A stretch of DNA of 33,034 bases from Promethearchaeia archaeon (GCA_046483985.1 JAWOCD010000049.1:1-33034), one strand, 5' to 3'. Counted from the first letter of the stretch, positions 1 through 9,237 are shown. Numbers and translations are program-made. Notes: generated from the sequence alone by a model not told the origin.

Positions 1-1
1 G

Positions 2-325
2 GAGCACATTTCCACCCGGGTGGCGGTCATGTATCTGGGCACCATCTGTGAGCTGGCCGAGGCAGCGGACCTGTTTGCCTCCCCCCGGCATCCTTACACC
101 CAGGCCCTGCTCTCAGCCATTCCCCGCCTGGGAAAGAAGAGAAAGGGACATGTCAAACTTCAGGGTGAGGTGCCCACCCCCATCAACCTGCCCCCGGGCT
201 GCGTATTTCACCGCCGCTGCCGCTTCGCCCGCGATATCTGTGGCCAGGAATTTCCGGAACTCGTCTCCCAGGCCGACGGGCGTCTGGTGGCCTGCCATGG
301 AGTGCGGGAGGGATGGATAGGATAG
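2..325 (+). CDS. Oligopeptide/dipeptide ABC transporter ATP-binding subunit (OppF/DppF-like), 3' part only
   Basis: Frame is open from the window edge (EHISTRVAVMYLG...). It has PRHPYTQALLSAIP and the C-terminal GEVPTPINLPPGCVFHRRC...VACH motif typical of oligopeptide ABC ATPases. Confidence 0.9.
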   Translation, partial: EHISTRVAVMYLGTICELAEAADLFASPRHPYTQALLSAIPRLGKKRKGHVKLQGEVPTPINLPPGCVFHRRCRFARDICGQEFPELVSQADGRLVACHGVREGWIG

Positions 326-391
326 AGGACAGAGGTCAGAGGACAGAAGTCAGAGGACAGAGGGCAGAGGACAGAGGACAGAAGTCAGAGG
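324..391 (+). repeat. Degenerate heptamer tandem repeat (AGAGGAC/AGAGGTC/AGAAGTC/AGAGGGC), about 9 units
   Basis: Directly visible: agaggac agaggtc agaggac agaagtc agaggac agagggc agaggac agaggac agaagtc agagg. Confidence 0.9.
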
Positions 392-481
392 TAAGCGACA
401 CCGCTGGCTGGCTAGTTATTCGTTATTTGTTATTCGTAACAAGCCGCCAGTTTGAACCAGGATGAAACTGGCGGGTAAGGA

Positions 482-636
482 GTAGGGGCGAAAAATCTTT
501 CGCCCTCTTCTACCTGGGCGAACACCCAGTTAAGTACCCTCAAGGGACCCGATTTAACCAGACAAGCAAGGTTCGCTCCTACGACTGCTCCCCCAATCGT
601 GGTTAAAATCGTAGGGGCGAAGCTTGTCTTCTCCCG
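482..636. repeat. Cluster of GTAG-type REP-like palindromes
   Basis: gtaggggcgaaaaatctttcgccct (482-506), gggcgaacac (516-525), inverted copy aaggttcgctcctac (568-582), gtaggggcgaagcttgtcttctccc (611-635). GTAG followed by a GC-rich hairpin is the REP pattern associated with RAYT transposases. Confidence 0.65.
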
Positions 637-686
637 CCAGGCCAAGCGACGCGTGGCCTCAATATTGTTTCTGACATCTCGTTATT

Positions 687-709
687 TTTTGCCCGCTTTG
701 GGGCAAAAA
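687..709. repeat. Hairpin TTTTGCCCGCTTTGGGGCAAAAA downstream of tgt; possible bidirectional terminator, with an inverted copy at 1905-1927
   Basis: GC stem flanked by T and A tracts between convergent genes. Its reverse complement matches 1905-1927 with one mismatch. Confidence 0.55.
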
Positions 710-757
710 TATTTCAGATTTGCCGGAAGCAAAGCTCGAACACTGAACACCGAACAC

Positions 758-1891
758 TTATTCCTCTTTCAAATCCTGCGCCCCCTTAAACACCCCTTGG
801 ATCTCCCGGTGCAGATCGGCGAAGGTTCCCGCAGCAATGGCTTGTCTCGCCCGGCGCATAAGCTCCAGGTAATAGGCCAGGTTGTGAATGGTGTTTAAGC
901 GGTAGGCCAGAAGCTCCCTGGCCGTGTACAGGTGGCGGAGGTAGGCCCGGGAAAAGGTCCGGCAGGTGTAGCACGAGCAGGCTGGATCAAGAGCTGTGTC
1001 ATCTGCTCTGAATTCCTGACGCTTGATGTTGATTTTGCCCTGGCTGGTATACAGGGTCCCGTTTCTGGCGTTGCGGGTGGGCAGGACGCAGTCGAACATG
1101 TCCACCCCATGCGAGATTCCGTCCACCAGGTCCAAAGGGGTGCCCACGCCCATGAGATAGCGGGGTTTGTGTCCCGGGAGCAAAGGAACGGTGTGGGCCA
1201 GAATGTCCAGCATGATCTCCTTGGGCTCTCCGACGCTTAAGCCCCCAACTGCAAAACCGGAAAACGGCAGGGGGGTGATCTCTTCGGCCGAGCGGGTTCT
1301 CAGGTCAGAGAAGAACCCCCCCTGAACAATGCCAAACAGGAGCTGGCTTCCACTGTCCGGCGGGGAGGCCTGCAGGCAGCGCCGCGCCCAGTCGGTGGTC
1401 AGGCTGACCGAGTCCCGAGTGTAATTCCAGTCTGCAGTGTAGGATACACACTCGTCCAGGACCATCATAATGTCTGAGCCCAGTTTGACCTGGATGTCCA
1501 TGACTTTTTCCGGGGTGAACCAGTGCTTGGAGCCATCGATATGGGAGCGAAATTCCACCCCCTCGGAGGTCAGCTTGCGCAGGGCAGACAGGCTGAAGAC
1601 CTGGTATCCGCCGCTGTCGGTCAGGATGGGGAGGTCCCAGCTGGAAAAGGTGTGCAGTCCGCCCAAGCGGGCCACGAGCTCATGACCTGGACGCAGGTAC
1701 AAGTGATACGTGTTGCCCAGGATGATCTCCGCCCCGATATCAGTGAGATCATGGGGGCTTAAGCTCTTCACGCTGGCCTGGGTCCCAACGGGCATGAAGG
1801 CCGGAGTCTGAATTGGGCCGTGGGCAGTAAAGAGCTCTCCCCGCCTGGCCTGTCCGTCGGTATGTGTAATTTGAAATTGGCCTGGGTGCAT
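758..1891 (-). CDS. tgt: Queuine tRNA-ribosyltransferase (bacterial tRNA-guanine transglycosylase)
   Basis: Motifs [60 protein letters not shown] and the Zn site CSCYTC...HN; 377 aa is full length. Confidence 0.97.
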   Translation of the reverse strand: MHPGQFQITHTDGQARRGELFTAHGPIQTPAFMPVGTQASVKSLSPHDLTDIGAEIILGNTYHLYLRPGHELVARLGGLHTFSSWDLPILTDSGGYQVFSLSALRKLTSEGVEFRSHIDGSKHWFTPEKVMDIQVKLGSDIMMVLDECVSYTADWNYTRDSVSLTTDWARRCLQASPPDSGSQLLFGIVQGGFFSDLRTRSAEEITPLPFSGFAVGGLSVGEPKEIMLDILAHTVPLLPGHKPRYLMGVGTPLDLVDGISHGVDMFDCVLPTRNARNGTLYTSQGKINIKRQEFRADDTALDPACSCYTCRTFSRAYLRHLYTARELLAYRLNTIHNLAYYLELMRRARQAIAAGTFADLHREIQGVFKGAQDLKEE

Positions 1892-1960
1892 GATAAGTAA
1901 AAGTTTTTTGCTCCAAAGCGGGCAAAAGAAGATAAGTTTGCCGGATTGATCAACTTGCTC

Positions 1961-1987
1961 TGGATTCCCGCCTACGCAGGAATGACG
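1961..1987 (-). repeat. Short palindromic REP-like element (CGTCATTCCTGCGTAGGCGGGAATCCA on the minus strand)
   Basis: Plus strand reads tggattcccgcctacgcaggaatgacg. It resembles the widespread GTCATTCCCGCGAAGGCGGGAATCC family of intergenic repeats. Confidence 0.6.
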
Positions 1988-2012
1988 GAGGGGTGACTCA
2001 AAGTTTCATCCC

Positions 2013-2263
2013 CGATCAAACTGGCGGTTACAGCCAGAGGCGGCGCTGACACCTCGTATGAAACGAGATTTTATCCCTAAGGTGGCTCTGGCTTTTCCGA
2101 GTAGGGCTGGCCCTCTCCGAGGCCCAGCCTCTTCAATGTTTTTAAACCTCCGGCCCTCGGAGAGGCCCGGGCTACTGGGCCCAGCCATCTTCATAAACTG
2201 TTTCTTTCTCGATCAAACTGGCGGTTATAGCCAGAGGTCCCGCCAAAGGCGGGACTGACACCT
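2013..2263. repeat. Direct repeat pair CGATCAAACTGGCGGTTA(C/T)AGCCAGAGG...CTGACACCT with GC-rich hairpins between the copies
   Basis: Copies at ~2013-2054 and ~2210-2263; the second has a gtcccgccaaaggcgggac hairpin inserted. Inverted cores cctctccgagg and cctcggagagg lie between them. Confidence 0.7.
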
Positions 2264-2311
2264 GAATCCTTCGCATATTGTCATACATGCCCTTCTCATC
2301 CAGATTTCCGG

Positions 2312-3043
2312 TCAGGCCCCAAAAGTGTGCTCAGCCAGGGCAAAGAGGGTATCATTGCTGCTGATGCTGACCTTTCCTGCATGGCCATCAGCTCCCAGGT
2401 GGACCTCAATCCGCTCGGTCGGTCTGGAAATCTGCCTGGTAAAAGCAACTTTGATATCACCCTTCCAGATATGGTTCCCTTGGGCCCAGGCCAGGGCGGT
2501 GTCTATATAGTCCAGGTACAGGGCATGGTTGACATGTCCATAGATATCAAAGTCTGAAGCCCTGGTGGTTATGGGCACCGTGGCCTGGACGGCAAAGCCG
2601 GCTTCAGGCTTCCACCTGGCCAGATCCCAATTCAGGGCCTGCCTGGACTCGATTTCATAGGCTGCGGCCATCTTTTGTGGTATGCGTTTGAGCCGCTGAG
2701 CTGCCAGGTCATAGAGCAGCCAGAGGCTGGTGGCAGAGACGAGGACCGTTTCGTTTTCTTTGACTTCAAACTCGCGCAGGGCGCGAAAGCCTTTGATCCC
2801 TTTGGACCAGGTGCTGACAGTAAGTTCCTGCCCATAGACCGGCAGGTGATGGATTTTAAGCCCAATTTTGTGCATCATCCAGGCCAGCCCTTGACCCTCG
2901 AACAGATCCTTGGCAGGCAGCCCTGCCAGATCCGTATGCCTGATGGCGGCTTCCTCCATCCTCCGGATCAGGGCCACGGGCTTGAGTTGAAAAGACTCGT
3001 CTACATCCAGATACGACAAGGTCCAGGACTGATCGATACGCAT
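2312..3043 (-). CDS. Acyl-ACP thioesterase (FatA/FatB-like double hot-dog fold)
   Basis: Motifs LPVYGQELTVSTW, ALREFEV, SATSLWLLYD and the catalytic-region SDFDIYGHVNHALYLDYI. The start at ATG 3043 (MRIDQ) is preferred because the longer ORF runs through a repeat. Confidence 0.85.
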   Translation of the reverse strand: MRIDQSWTLSYLDVDESFQLKPVALIRRMEEAAIRHTDLAGLPAKDLFEGQGLAWMMHKIGLKIHHLPVYGQELTVSTWSKGIKGFRALREFEVKENETVLVSATSLWLLYDLAAQRLKRIPQKMAAAYEIESRQALNWDLARWKPEAGFAVQATVPITTRASDFDIYGHVNHALYLDYIDTALAWAQGNHIWKGDIKVAFTRQISRPTERIEVHLGADGHAGKVSISSNDTLFALAEHTFGA

Positions 3044-3179
3044 AGAATCTCCAGGTTCAGATTTGCCTCCAGCAAAGCTGAACACCGAACACTTTCCGCT
3101 TTGCTGCACACGAGAGTGTTGTCCGGACTGGCCAGGGAATAAGCTATTGCGGATCGAAAATCAAGGAAGGAGTTTTGAT

Positions 3180-4157
3180 ATGCGCAAGGCCGATGATTTG
3201 GTCTCCATCCTGCGCCGTATCGACGGCAAGGGATATAAGGCCTATAAGGACACCCAGGGGGGTTATGACTTGGATTCGTGTGTTTTGCATATAGATCAGG
3301 TCCAAAGCGATCCCTTTGCTCCACCCAGCCGTCTGCGCCTGACTGTGAACCAGGATCGGGCGGCCATACCCGGGGAGCTGTATGCGACCCGGGTTCGGCG
3401 CACGGCCACGGAAGATTTTTTAACCCGCACATTTGCCCGGGTGATCAAAGAGATGAATCGTTCGGATCAAAGCACAGGCAAGGGCAAAGCCCTGGGGATT
3501 GATCGCCCGGGGCAGGAGATTTTGCCCCGGACCTCCATGCAAGTGGATGAAGCCCGGGTCCAGGTCCGGTTCGTTCTCGGCCTTCCGGCCCGGGGACGGA
3601 CCATTTTGGGCCGCCAGGCGGAAAAAATCCTGCTGCAAACCATTCCTTCTCTGGCCGATAAGGCCTTGCTGGCGGCCAGTCTGGATCTGGACGCCCTGGG
3701 CCGGCACGTGGAAGTCTGCGAGGACCAGGAGTTTCTGCGCCAGGCTTTGCCCGAGCGGGGTCTGGCCGCCTTTGTGGGCAATCAGGCCATCCTGCCCCGG
3801 GAGAGCGGGGTGAGCGATCGTCCCCTCGACCCCAGGCAGACCATACCCTTTGTGTCTCCGCAAGATATGGAGGTCAGCTTTGACCTGCCCAACCAGGGCC
3901 GGGTCACCGGCATGGGCATACCCACCGGGGTGACCCTGATCGTGGGTGGGGGCTATCACGGCAAATCAACTCTGCTCAAGGCCCTGGAGCGTTCGGTGTA
4001 CAACCATATCCCTGGAGACGGCCGGGAGCTGGTGGTCACCGACAGCAGTGCGGTCAAGATCCGGGCCGAAGATGGGCGCAGCGTGGCCGGTGTGGATATC
4101 CAGCCTTTTATCAGCCATCTGCCCATGGGTGGAGAGACCTCTGCTTTCTCCTCTTAG
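3180..4157 (+). CDS. ABC-class ATPase domain protein (ABC_ATPase family), truncated at the junction
   Basis: SD-like aaggaaggag before ATG 3180. Motifs IDGKGYKAYKD, VQSDPFAPPS, ILPRESG, Walker A GGGYHGKSTLL, HIPGDGRE and KIRAEDGR. It stops at TSAFSS, where homologues normally continue with an ASGSTSQA-type motif. Confidence 0.85.
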   Translation: MRKADDLVSILRRIDGKGYKAYKDTQGGYDLDSCVLHIDQVQSDPFAPPSRLRLTVNQDRAAIPGELYATRVRRTATEDFLTRTFARVIKEMNRSDQSTGKGKALGIDRPGQEILPRTSMQVDEARVQVRFVLGLPARGRTILGRQAEKILLQTIPSLADKALLAASLDLDALGRHVEVCEDQEFLRQALPERGLAAFVGNQAILPRESGVSDRPLDPRQTIPFVSPQDMEVSFDLPNQGRVTGMGIPTGVTLIVGGGYHGKSTLLKALERSVYNHIPGDGRELVVTDSSAVKIRAEDGRSVAGVDIQPFISHLPMGGETSAFSS

Positions 4158-4160
4158 CGG
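4149..4160. other. Abrupt compositional and phylogenetic junction: GC-rich bacterial DNA joined to AT-rich archaeal DNA
   Basis: A conserved bacterial gene is cut mid-domain, GC content drops sharply within about 100 bp, and downstream genes are archaeal (top6A/B, MCM, GINS). Confidence 0.85.
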
Positions 4161-4236
4161 TATTCATGTTCATGCATTAGCACCCGTTTCCGCTATCGAC
4201 GGGTCCGGACAAGTTGTCCAAGTTTGTCCAAATTAA
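4153..4236 (+). CDS. Possible 3' end of an unidentified archaeal gene cut by the junction (...LSGIHVHALAPVSAIDGSGQVVQVCPN*)
   Basis: Coding-like composition ending in TAA 4234-4236, followed by AT-rich intergenic DNA. Family not recognised. Confidence 0.35.
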   Translation, partial: LSGIHVHALAPVSAIDGSGQVVQVCPN

Positions 4237-4632
4237 TAGTTAGTGTAGTATTTAACAAAAAAATCAAGGATTTATCTATAATAATAAAATGCTAAAAGAT
4301 TTTTATAAAAAAGAGATATTTCATCACGAATCGTGGATGTCGCACTTGAGAATTATCGTCTTAAAAAGCAAAAAAGCTAGCTTTTTCTAATCATTATACC
4401 ACTTTTTTCTATCTTAAATATTTTGGGGTTTCTGATTTTTTTTAACAAAACTTTAAATAAGAATTAAATTTTAGTCTTTAATGAAGTAAGCCTACTTACT
4501 CAAAATTTGGTATATAAGACATTAGTTATTGAGTTTTACTTCATTGATAAATAATTAGGATCATATACAGTATAACAGACTATCTAAAAAATTGTAAAAT
4601 TTTTATATTAAAATTAGGACTTAAAGAATATC

Positions 4633-7600
4633 ATGACTACCGAAGACGAGTCAAAGATCAAACAAGGAACAATCGCCCAGTTCATGCGGAAACGCACGCA
4701 GTTGGTCGGGTTTGAAATGGGCTACTGGAAACATGTTCAGTATGCTGCAGAATTCCTCGATAATGCGCTTGATGCGATCGAGATATATCAATGGAAACAA
4801 TTAGCAGAAGAATCTAAATATAAATATTCCCTTGATCAAGAGCTCTACTTGGAGAATTTGTCTATTATACAAGAAGAGAAGAAAGATCAGACATCTCAGG
4901 ACCTTGATAATGAGGCAAAAAAAACCTTAATGCAAGAAGTAGGCATAAAACCCATTGATCAAGATCATGCTCAAAAAAAGCAAGAAGTACCGGAAGAAGG
5001 CGACGAAGTAGCCGACCTTAAGGAAGAAATTGAGATCGAGGAGGAAGTCAAACATATCATTAAAGATATGGAAAGCTTAATTCAACCCGTAGAACATATT
5101 AATCTTATTGATAAAGAACCAATTGTTATTATTCGGCTGACTGAATCAGAAGCAGCCTCATTCTTAACAGCAGAAATGAGTACAAAAAATGTAATGTCAT
5201 ATAAATTTGAAGTATTTGATAATGGGGCTGGCATGCCAGAGATAGATCTGAAGAAGTATGGAAAATACCTTGCATCCTCTAAATCCTTTGAATTAAAGCA
5301 GACTAGAGGTTCTCAAGGATTTGGGGCCCCGAGTGCTTTCAGCGATGCGCAAAATACTACGGGAAAGCCCGTTGTTACAGTTTCTAAATCTTTAAATCAA
5401 ATATACGGCATAATCTCTGAGTTTTTTACCACGTCAAAAAATGAAAAAAAATATTTAATCCCTCCCACGGAAATAGATGCCCCATTTCTTCATGGCACGT
5501 ATGTAAAGCTTGAATTTCTTAATATTAAATATGTAAGAGGATACGTTGATACATATGTGAGGGAAACTGCGTTAATGAACCCTCATGTCACTATAGTTTA
5601 CATAGATCCGTATGGGGATGAATTTATATTTCCTAGAAAAACTGACTCGTTTCCAGAAAAACCAAAGTATGCGAAACCACACCCGTCCTCAACAAATATT
5701 GGAGATTTACAAGATTTATTAGCAAAATCAGATAATCTTACAATTTCAGCTTTCCTTCAAGATAATTTTGTCAGAATAAGTAACAATACTGCGAAAGAAA
5801 TTTTAGATTTAGCAGAAAGAGATCTACAAGATAAATTAAATTTTCTTATCTTAGATGATGGATATATCTTAAAAGCAGAGAAAAAAAAGGACGATATTTA
5901 TTATGCTCGGGTTGAAAAACGAGTTTATGGAAGATCAAAACGAAAACGCGATAAATTAATTGTATATCAAGTCATATCTGATGATTTATTGGATAATTAT
6001 TGGGAGGTCATAGATCAATATGACTCCTTTAACAAGCAAATTGAAAAAATCAAAAAACAAGTAAAAAAGAAAAATAATAAAATTGAAGAGGCCAATACAA
6101 AAAAAGCGGCAAGAAAAATTAAAAAAGAAAAGAAAAAATTATTAAAAGAGATAGATGCCATTCGGGATAAAAAGGACAAATTGCGGGCGGAATTGAATAA
6201 AACCTTTAAAGGCTTAGAAGATGGAATTAAAGAAATTAAGAAAAAATCTAAAGTCAAAGAGATCTCTGATTTAGTACAAGAAATAGAAATTACTGAGACA
6301 AAACCGCAAGAGTTAAGTAGCGACCAATTTAATTCTCTATTTCGTTCATTTAAATCCGTGAAATATATGTCCCCGCCCACAGATACTGTAGTGCCTGTAG
6401 GGTCAACAATTTTGGAAAATACTATGATAAAAGAATTAGGGTTGAAAATATCGGATAATACAGAAGATTTTGATCGCCCAGTTGAAGAGATTGCCCCTAT
6501 TGAAGAAAGCATCATAAAATCAAAGAAAGGAAAATTAAAAAGAGAAGATCCAAATATAGATGAGGAAGAATTAGAAAAGGTTTCAGTAGAAAAAGAAGAA
6601 ATCCAAGATCTAGGCGCTCGAATTTTGGATTCATTTTATGAAATAGAGCATCAAAATGGGGATCTTAAGAAAGATTTTGGGTCCTCTTTGGTCTATTTAA
6701 TGGAATCTGCGGAAATTGAGGAAAGGGAAAATTATAAAGAGGTCTTTCAGTTCTTTACGGAAACCTACACCATGGATGATGATTTTGTTGGTGCAGAAAC
6801 CAGAAGTCCAACAAGCGGAAAAGGGTTGGCATTCGTTGTTGAAGGGGTTTTAGCTTATTCCACAAAAAATATTGAAACTCCCAACCGCTCTCGGGATGTA
6901 TTATCTCGATTTGTAAATAGAACACCAAAACTAAGAGATAGTGCAGATTGCGCAATTACGAAGGCGGTACAAAGCGTAAACTGGAAGAATTATAAGTTAG
7001 ATACATTCGACAACGGTTTACCTAAAGGTCCAATAAAACTTCTAGTGAATGTATCAGGTCCTTTTGTCCATTTAATGTTTAAATCTCAGTCTAAAAATTC
7101 ACTCGCTGAGGATGAAAACTTGATGAGTGAAATCAAATATTGTCTGGAGGCGATAGGAAGAAGATTAAGGGTATACCTTAACAGACGGGACGCAATTAAG
7201 AAAAAGGAGAAAAGGGCTAACTTAATAGTGAAATATATTCCTAAATTTATAGATAGCCTTTATTCTATAGCTGAAACCGCTAAAAGTGAGTATGTGGATA
7301 AGTATTCCAAGGAAGATTTAGAAGAATTCATGCAAAATGCAATCGGGAAAAAATCAAAAACAGCCGAGGAAAAAGAAGAAAAGAAACCAGAGAAAAAAGA
7401 AAAAGTTAAGAAACTTAAAAAAGAACCCTCTCCTGAAGCAAAAGAAGAAAAAGAATTAAAGAAAGAAAAGAAAGTAATTGAACCGAAAAAGCCAGAGGAA
7501 GAGAAAAAAGAAAAGGCTCCTGAAAAGAAAGTAGAAGTGGATTTAAAGAATTTAGATGACCTCACCGTTAAAGAACTTCGAGCCCTAGGAGATAAACACG

Positions 7601-8046
7601 ATATTACCTTGAAATCCAAACTACGGAAGACGGAGATAATCGAGAAGTTACAGAAAGAATTGGGCGCACCAACTGAACCGAAAAAGCCAGAGAAAAAGAA
7701 AAAAAGAGAACCACCTAAAGTTGTTCCCGAGGAGATCAAAAAAGCAAAAGCACGTCTAAAAAGATTGAAAGGAAAAGCACCAGAAAAGAAGCCAGAAAAG
7801 AAAAAACCAATAAAACCCCCAAAACCGTCCAAAACAAAACAAACTAAATTACCAGCAATTACAGATGAGAAAATACTCTCTGTTTTGAACAATGAATGGC
7901 AAACGATCAAACATCTTATCTTCAAACTAAAAATCCGAGATATGATGGATGCTCGATATCTTCAAATAAAATTAAGGGAACTCTCCCGAAAAGGAAAAGT
8001 TTTGGTTGATATTAAAAAAGGAAAAAAACATTGGAAATTAAAATAA
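4633..8046 (+). CDS. top6B: DNA topoisomerase VI subunit B with large insertions and C-terminal extensions (1137 aa)
   Basis: GHKL motifs AEFLDNALDA, FDNGAGM, KQTRGSQGFG and HGT; TALMNPH; KPHP; transducer motifs RFVNRTP, VNWKNYKL and FKSQSK. It lies immediately upstream of top6A. Confidence 0.93.
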   Translation: MTTEDESKIKQGTIAQFMRKRTQLVGFEMGYWKHVQYAAEFLDNALDAIEIYQWKQLAEESKYKYSLDQELYLENLSIIQEEKKDQTSQDLDNEAKKTLMQEVGIKPIDQDHAQKKQEVPEEGDEVADLKEEIEIEEEVKHIIKDMESLIQPVEHINLIDKEPIVIIRLTESEAASFLTAEMSTKNVMSYKFEVFDNGAGMPEIDLKKYGKYLASSKSFELKQTRGSQGFGAPSAFSDAQNTTGKPVVTVSKSLNQIYGIISEFFTTSKNEKKYLIPPTEIDAPFLHGTYVKLEFLNIKYVRGYVDTYVRETALMNPHVTIVYIDPYGDEFIFPRKTDSFPEKPKYAKPHPSSTNIGDLQDLLAKSDNLTISAFLQDNFVRISNNTAKEILDLAERDLQDKLNFLILDDGYILKAEKKKDDIYYARVEKRVYGRSKRKRDKLIVYQVISDDLLDNYWEVIDQYDSFNKQIEKIKKQVKKKNNKIEEANTKKAARKIKKEKKKLLKEIDAIRDKKDKLRAELNKTFKGLEDGIKEIKKKSKVKEISDLVQEIEITETKPQELSSDQFNSLFRSFKSVKYMSPPTDTVVPVGSTILENTMIKELGLKISDNTEDFDRPVEEIAPIEESIIKSKKGKLKREDPNIDEEELEKVSVEKEEIQDLGARILDSFYEIEHQNGDLKKDFGSSLVYLMESAEIEERENYKEVFQFFTETYTMDDDFVGAETRSPTSGKGLAFVVEGVLAYSTKNIETPNRSRDVLSRFVNRTPKLRDSADCAITKAVQSVNWKNYKLDTFDNGLPKGPIKLLVNVSGPFVHLMFKSQSKNSLAEDENLMSEIKYCLEAIGRRLRVYLNRRDAIKKKEKRANLIVKYIPKFIDSLYSIAETAKSEYVDKYSKEDLEEFMQNAIGKKSKTAEEKEEKKPEKKEKVKKLKKEPSPEAKEEKELKKEKKVIEPKKPEEEKKEKAPEKKVEVDLKNLDDLTVKELRALGDKHDITLKSKLRKTEIIEKLQKELGAPTEPKKPEKKKKREPPKVVPEEIKKAKARLKRLKGKAPEKKPEKKKPIKPPKPSKTKQTKLPAITDEKILSVLNNEWQTIKHLIFKLKIRDMMDARYLQIKLRELSRKGKVLVDIKKGKKHWKLK

Positions 8047-8061
8047 AGAGGATTAGAAGCT

Positions 8062-9237
8062 ATGGCTAAAAATAAGAATCTGGATTTAGAGGCAACTAAA
8101 GAATTATTATGGGAAAAGCTGAAAGAAGAAGATCAAAAGGATGTAAATTATCCAGATAATACCGTTCAAATTGATGATTTAAATAGACAAGCTGCCTTAG
8201 AGCGACTCCATGATATTGTCGATGGCTTGATCAATCAAATCATAAGACATGGTAGACCCACAGTGGAGCTTCCTTCCAGATCGAGTTCAAATATCATTTG
8301 GGATGAGGAAAATGATCTTTTATTGCTTGGACAACAGATTATGAAAAAACATTTTCATTCTCTTACTAGTGTCGCCGATATTACGAGATTAATCCGAGTT
8401 TTAGAAATTATAGAAGAATTGCTTCAAAAAGATAAGCACGCAACTAAACGTGAGATCTTTTATTCCGATGTAAAATTGTTCAAAGATCAGAAAAATAGCG
8501 ATCGAAGTATAGAAGATGTGGCAACAATGCTTTATACCACCAGAAATTCTACTCATGTTGTTGCTTCTGCTCGTGGTTCTTGTGTGGGACGATTAAGAAT
8601 CAGAGATAGGAACGATATCATCGATTTAGAAGGCTTAGGAAGCGGGGGATGGAGTATAAGCCCTATGTTAGATAATATTGAAATTATCGAATCCGATGCC
8701 GAATTTATACTGGTCGTAGAGAAGGATGCTGCCATGATGAGATTAGCAGAAGATCGTTTTTGGCGCGATTACCCTTGTATCATTCTTACTGCCCAAGGAG
8801 TAGGAAATGTTGCCGTTCGAATGTTTCTTAAACGATTGAGTAAGGAGCTAAAACTTCCAGTATTTAGCTTAGTCGATAGTGATCCATACGGCCACTATAT
8901 TCATAGTGTATATATGAGAGGTTCAAAAAGATTAAGCTATGAGACACCCTTCTTAGCTACACCGGATATCAAATTATTAGGCGTGCTTACGAGGGATTTG
9001 GATGCTTATAATGTGCCAAATGATTGTAGGCTGAAAATGAACAAAAAGGACATTAAAAGAACAAAAGAAATGCTCCAAGAAGATTTTGTAAAAAAGAATA
9101 AAAAATGGGAAAAAGATTTAAAATTAGCCTTAGATTTGAAAGTTAAGGCTGAAATTCAAGCCTTGTCAAGCCACGGATTTGAATTTTTAACAGAGAAATA
9201 TCTTCCAGAAAAATTATCGACAGGTGATTGGATATGA
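8062..9237 (+). CDS. top6A: DNA topoisomerase VI subunit A (Spo11 family)
   Basis: Catalytic-Tyr region TKREIFY, TOPRIM motifs VVEKDA and DSDPYG, GSKRLSY, KAEIQAL, YLPEKL. Confidence 0.96.
   Translation: MAKNKNLDLEATKELLWEKLKEEDQKDVNYPDNTVQIDDLNRQAALERLHDIVDGLINQIIRHGRPTVELPSRSSSNIIWDEENDLLLLGQQIMKKHFHSLTSVADITRLIRVLEIIEELLQKDKHATKREIFYSDVKLFKDQKNSDRSIEDVATMLYTTRNSTHVVASARGSCVGRLRIRDRNDIIDLEGLGSGGWSISPMLDNIEIIESDAEFILVVEKDAAMMRLAEDRFWRDYPCIILTAQGVGNVAVRMFLKRLSKELKLPVFSLVDSDPYGHYIHSVYMRGSKRLSYETPFLATPDIKLLGVLTRDLDAYNVPNDCRLKMNKKDIKRTKEMLQEDFVKKNKKWEKDLKLALDLKVKAEIQALSSHGFEFLTEKYLPEKLSTGDWI

Noticed and set aside
324-391. CRISPR array
   Set aside because: The units are 7-nt tandem repeats with no unique spacers, and no cas genes are present in the window.
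430-898. Short ORFs 430-645 (-) and 599-898 (+)
   Set aside because: They run through REP-like repeats or overlap tgt, and have no recognisable motifs.
3946-4236. 96-aa ORF as a real gene or a frameshift continuation of the ATPase
   Set aside because: It spans the junction. Its 5' part is an alternate frame of the bacterial gene and its 3' part does not resemble the expected ATPase continuation.
4480-4548. Eukaryote-like SECIS element (ATGA...TGA hairpin)
   Set aside because: ATGA pairs by Watson-Crick with TCAT rather than forming the tandem G.A quartet, and no in-frame TGA selenoprotein is evident nearby.
6015-7925. Minus-strand ORFs of 166, 66 and 221 aa inside top6B (and similar shadow ORFs in tgt, mcm, aor and the HEAT gene)
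   Set aside because: They are antisense shadows of well-supported genes; the Phe/Ser-rich translations mirror Lys/Glu codons.
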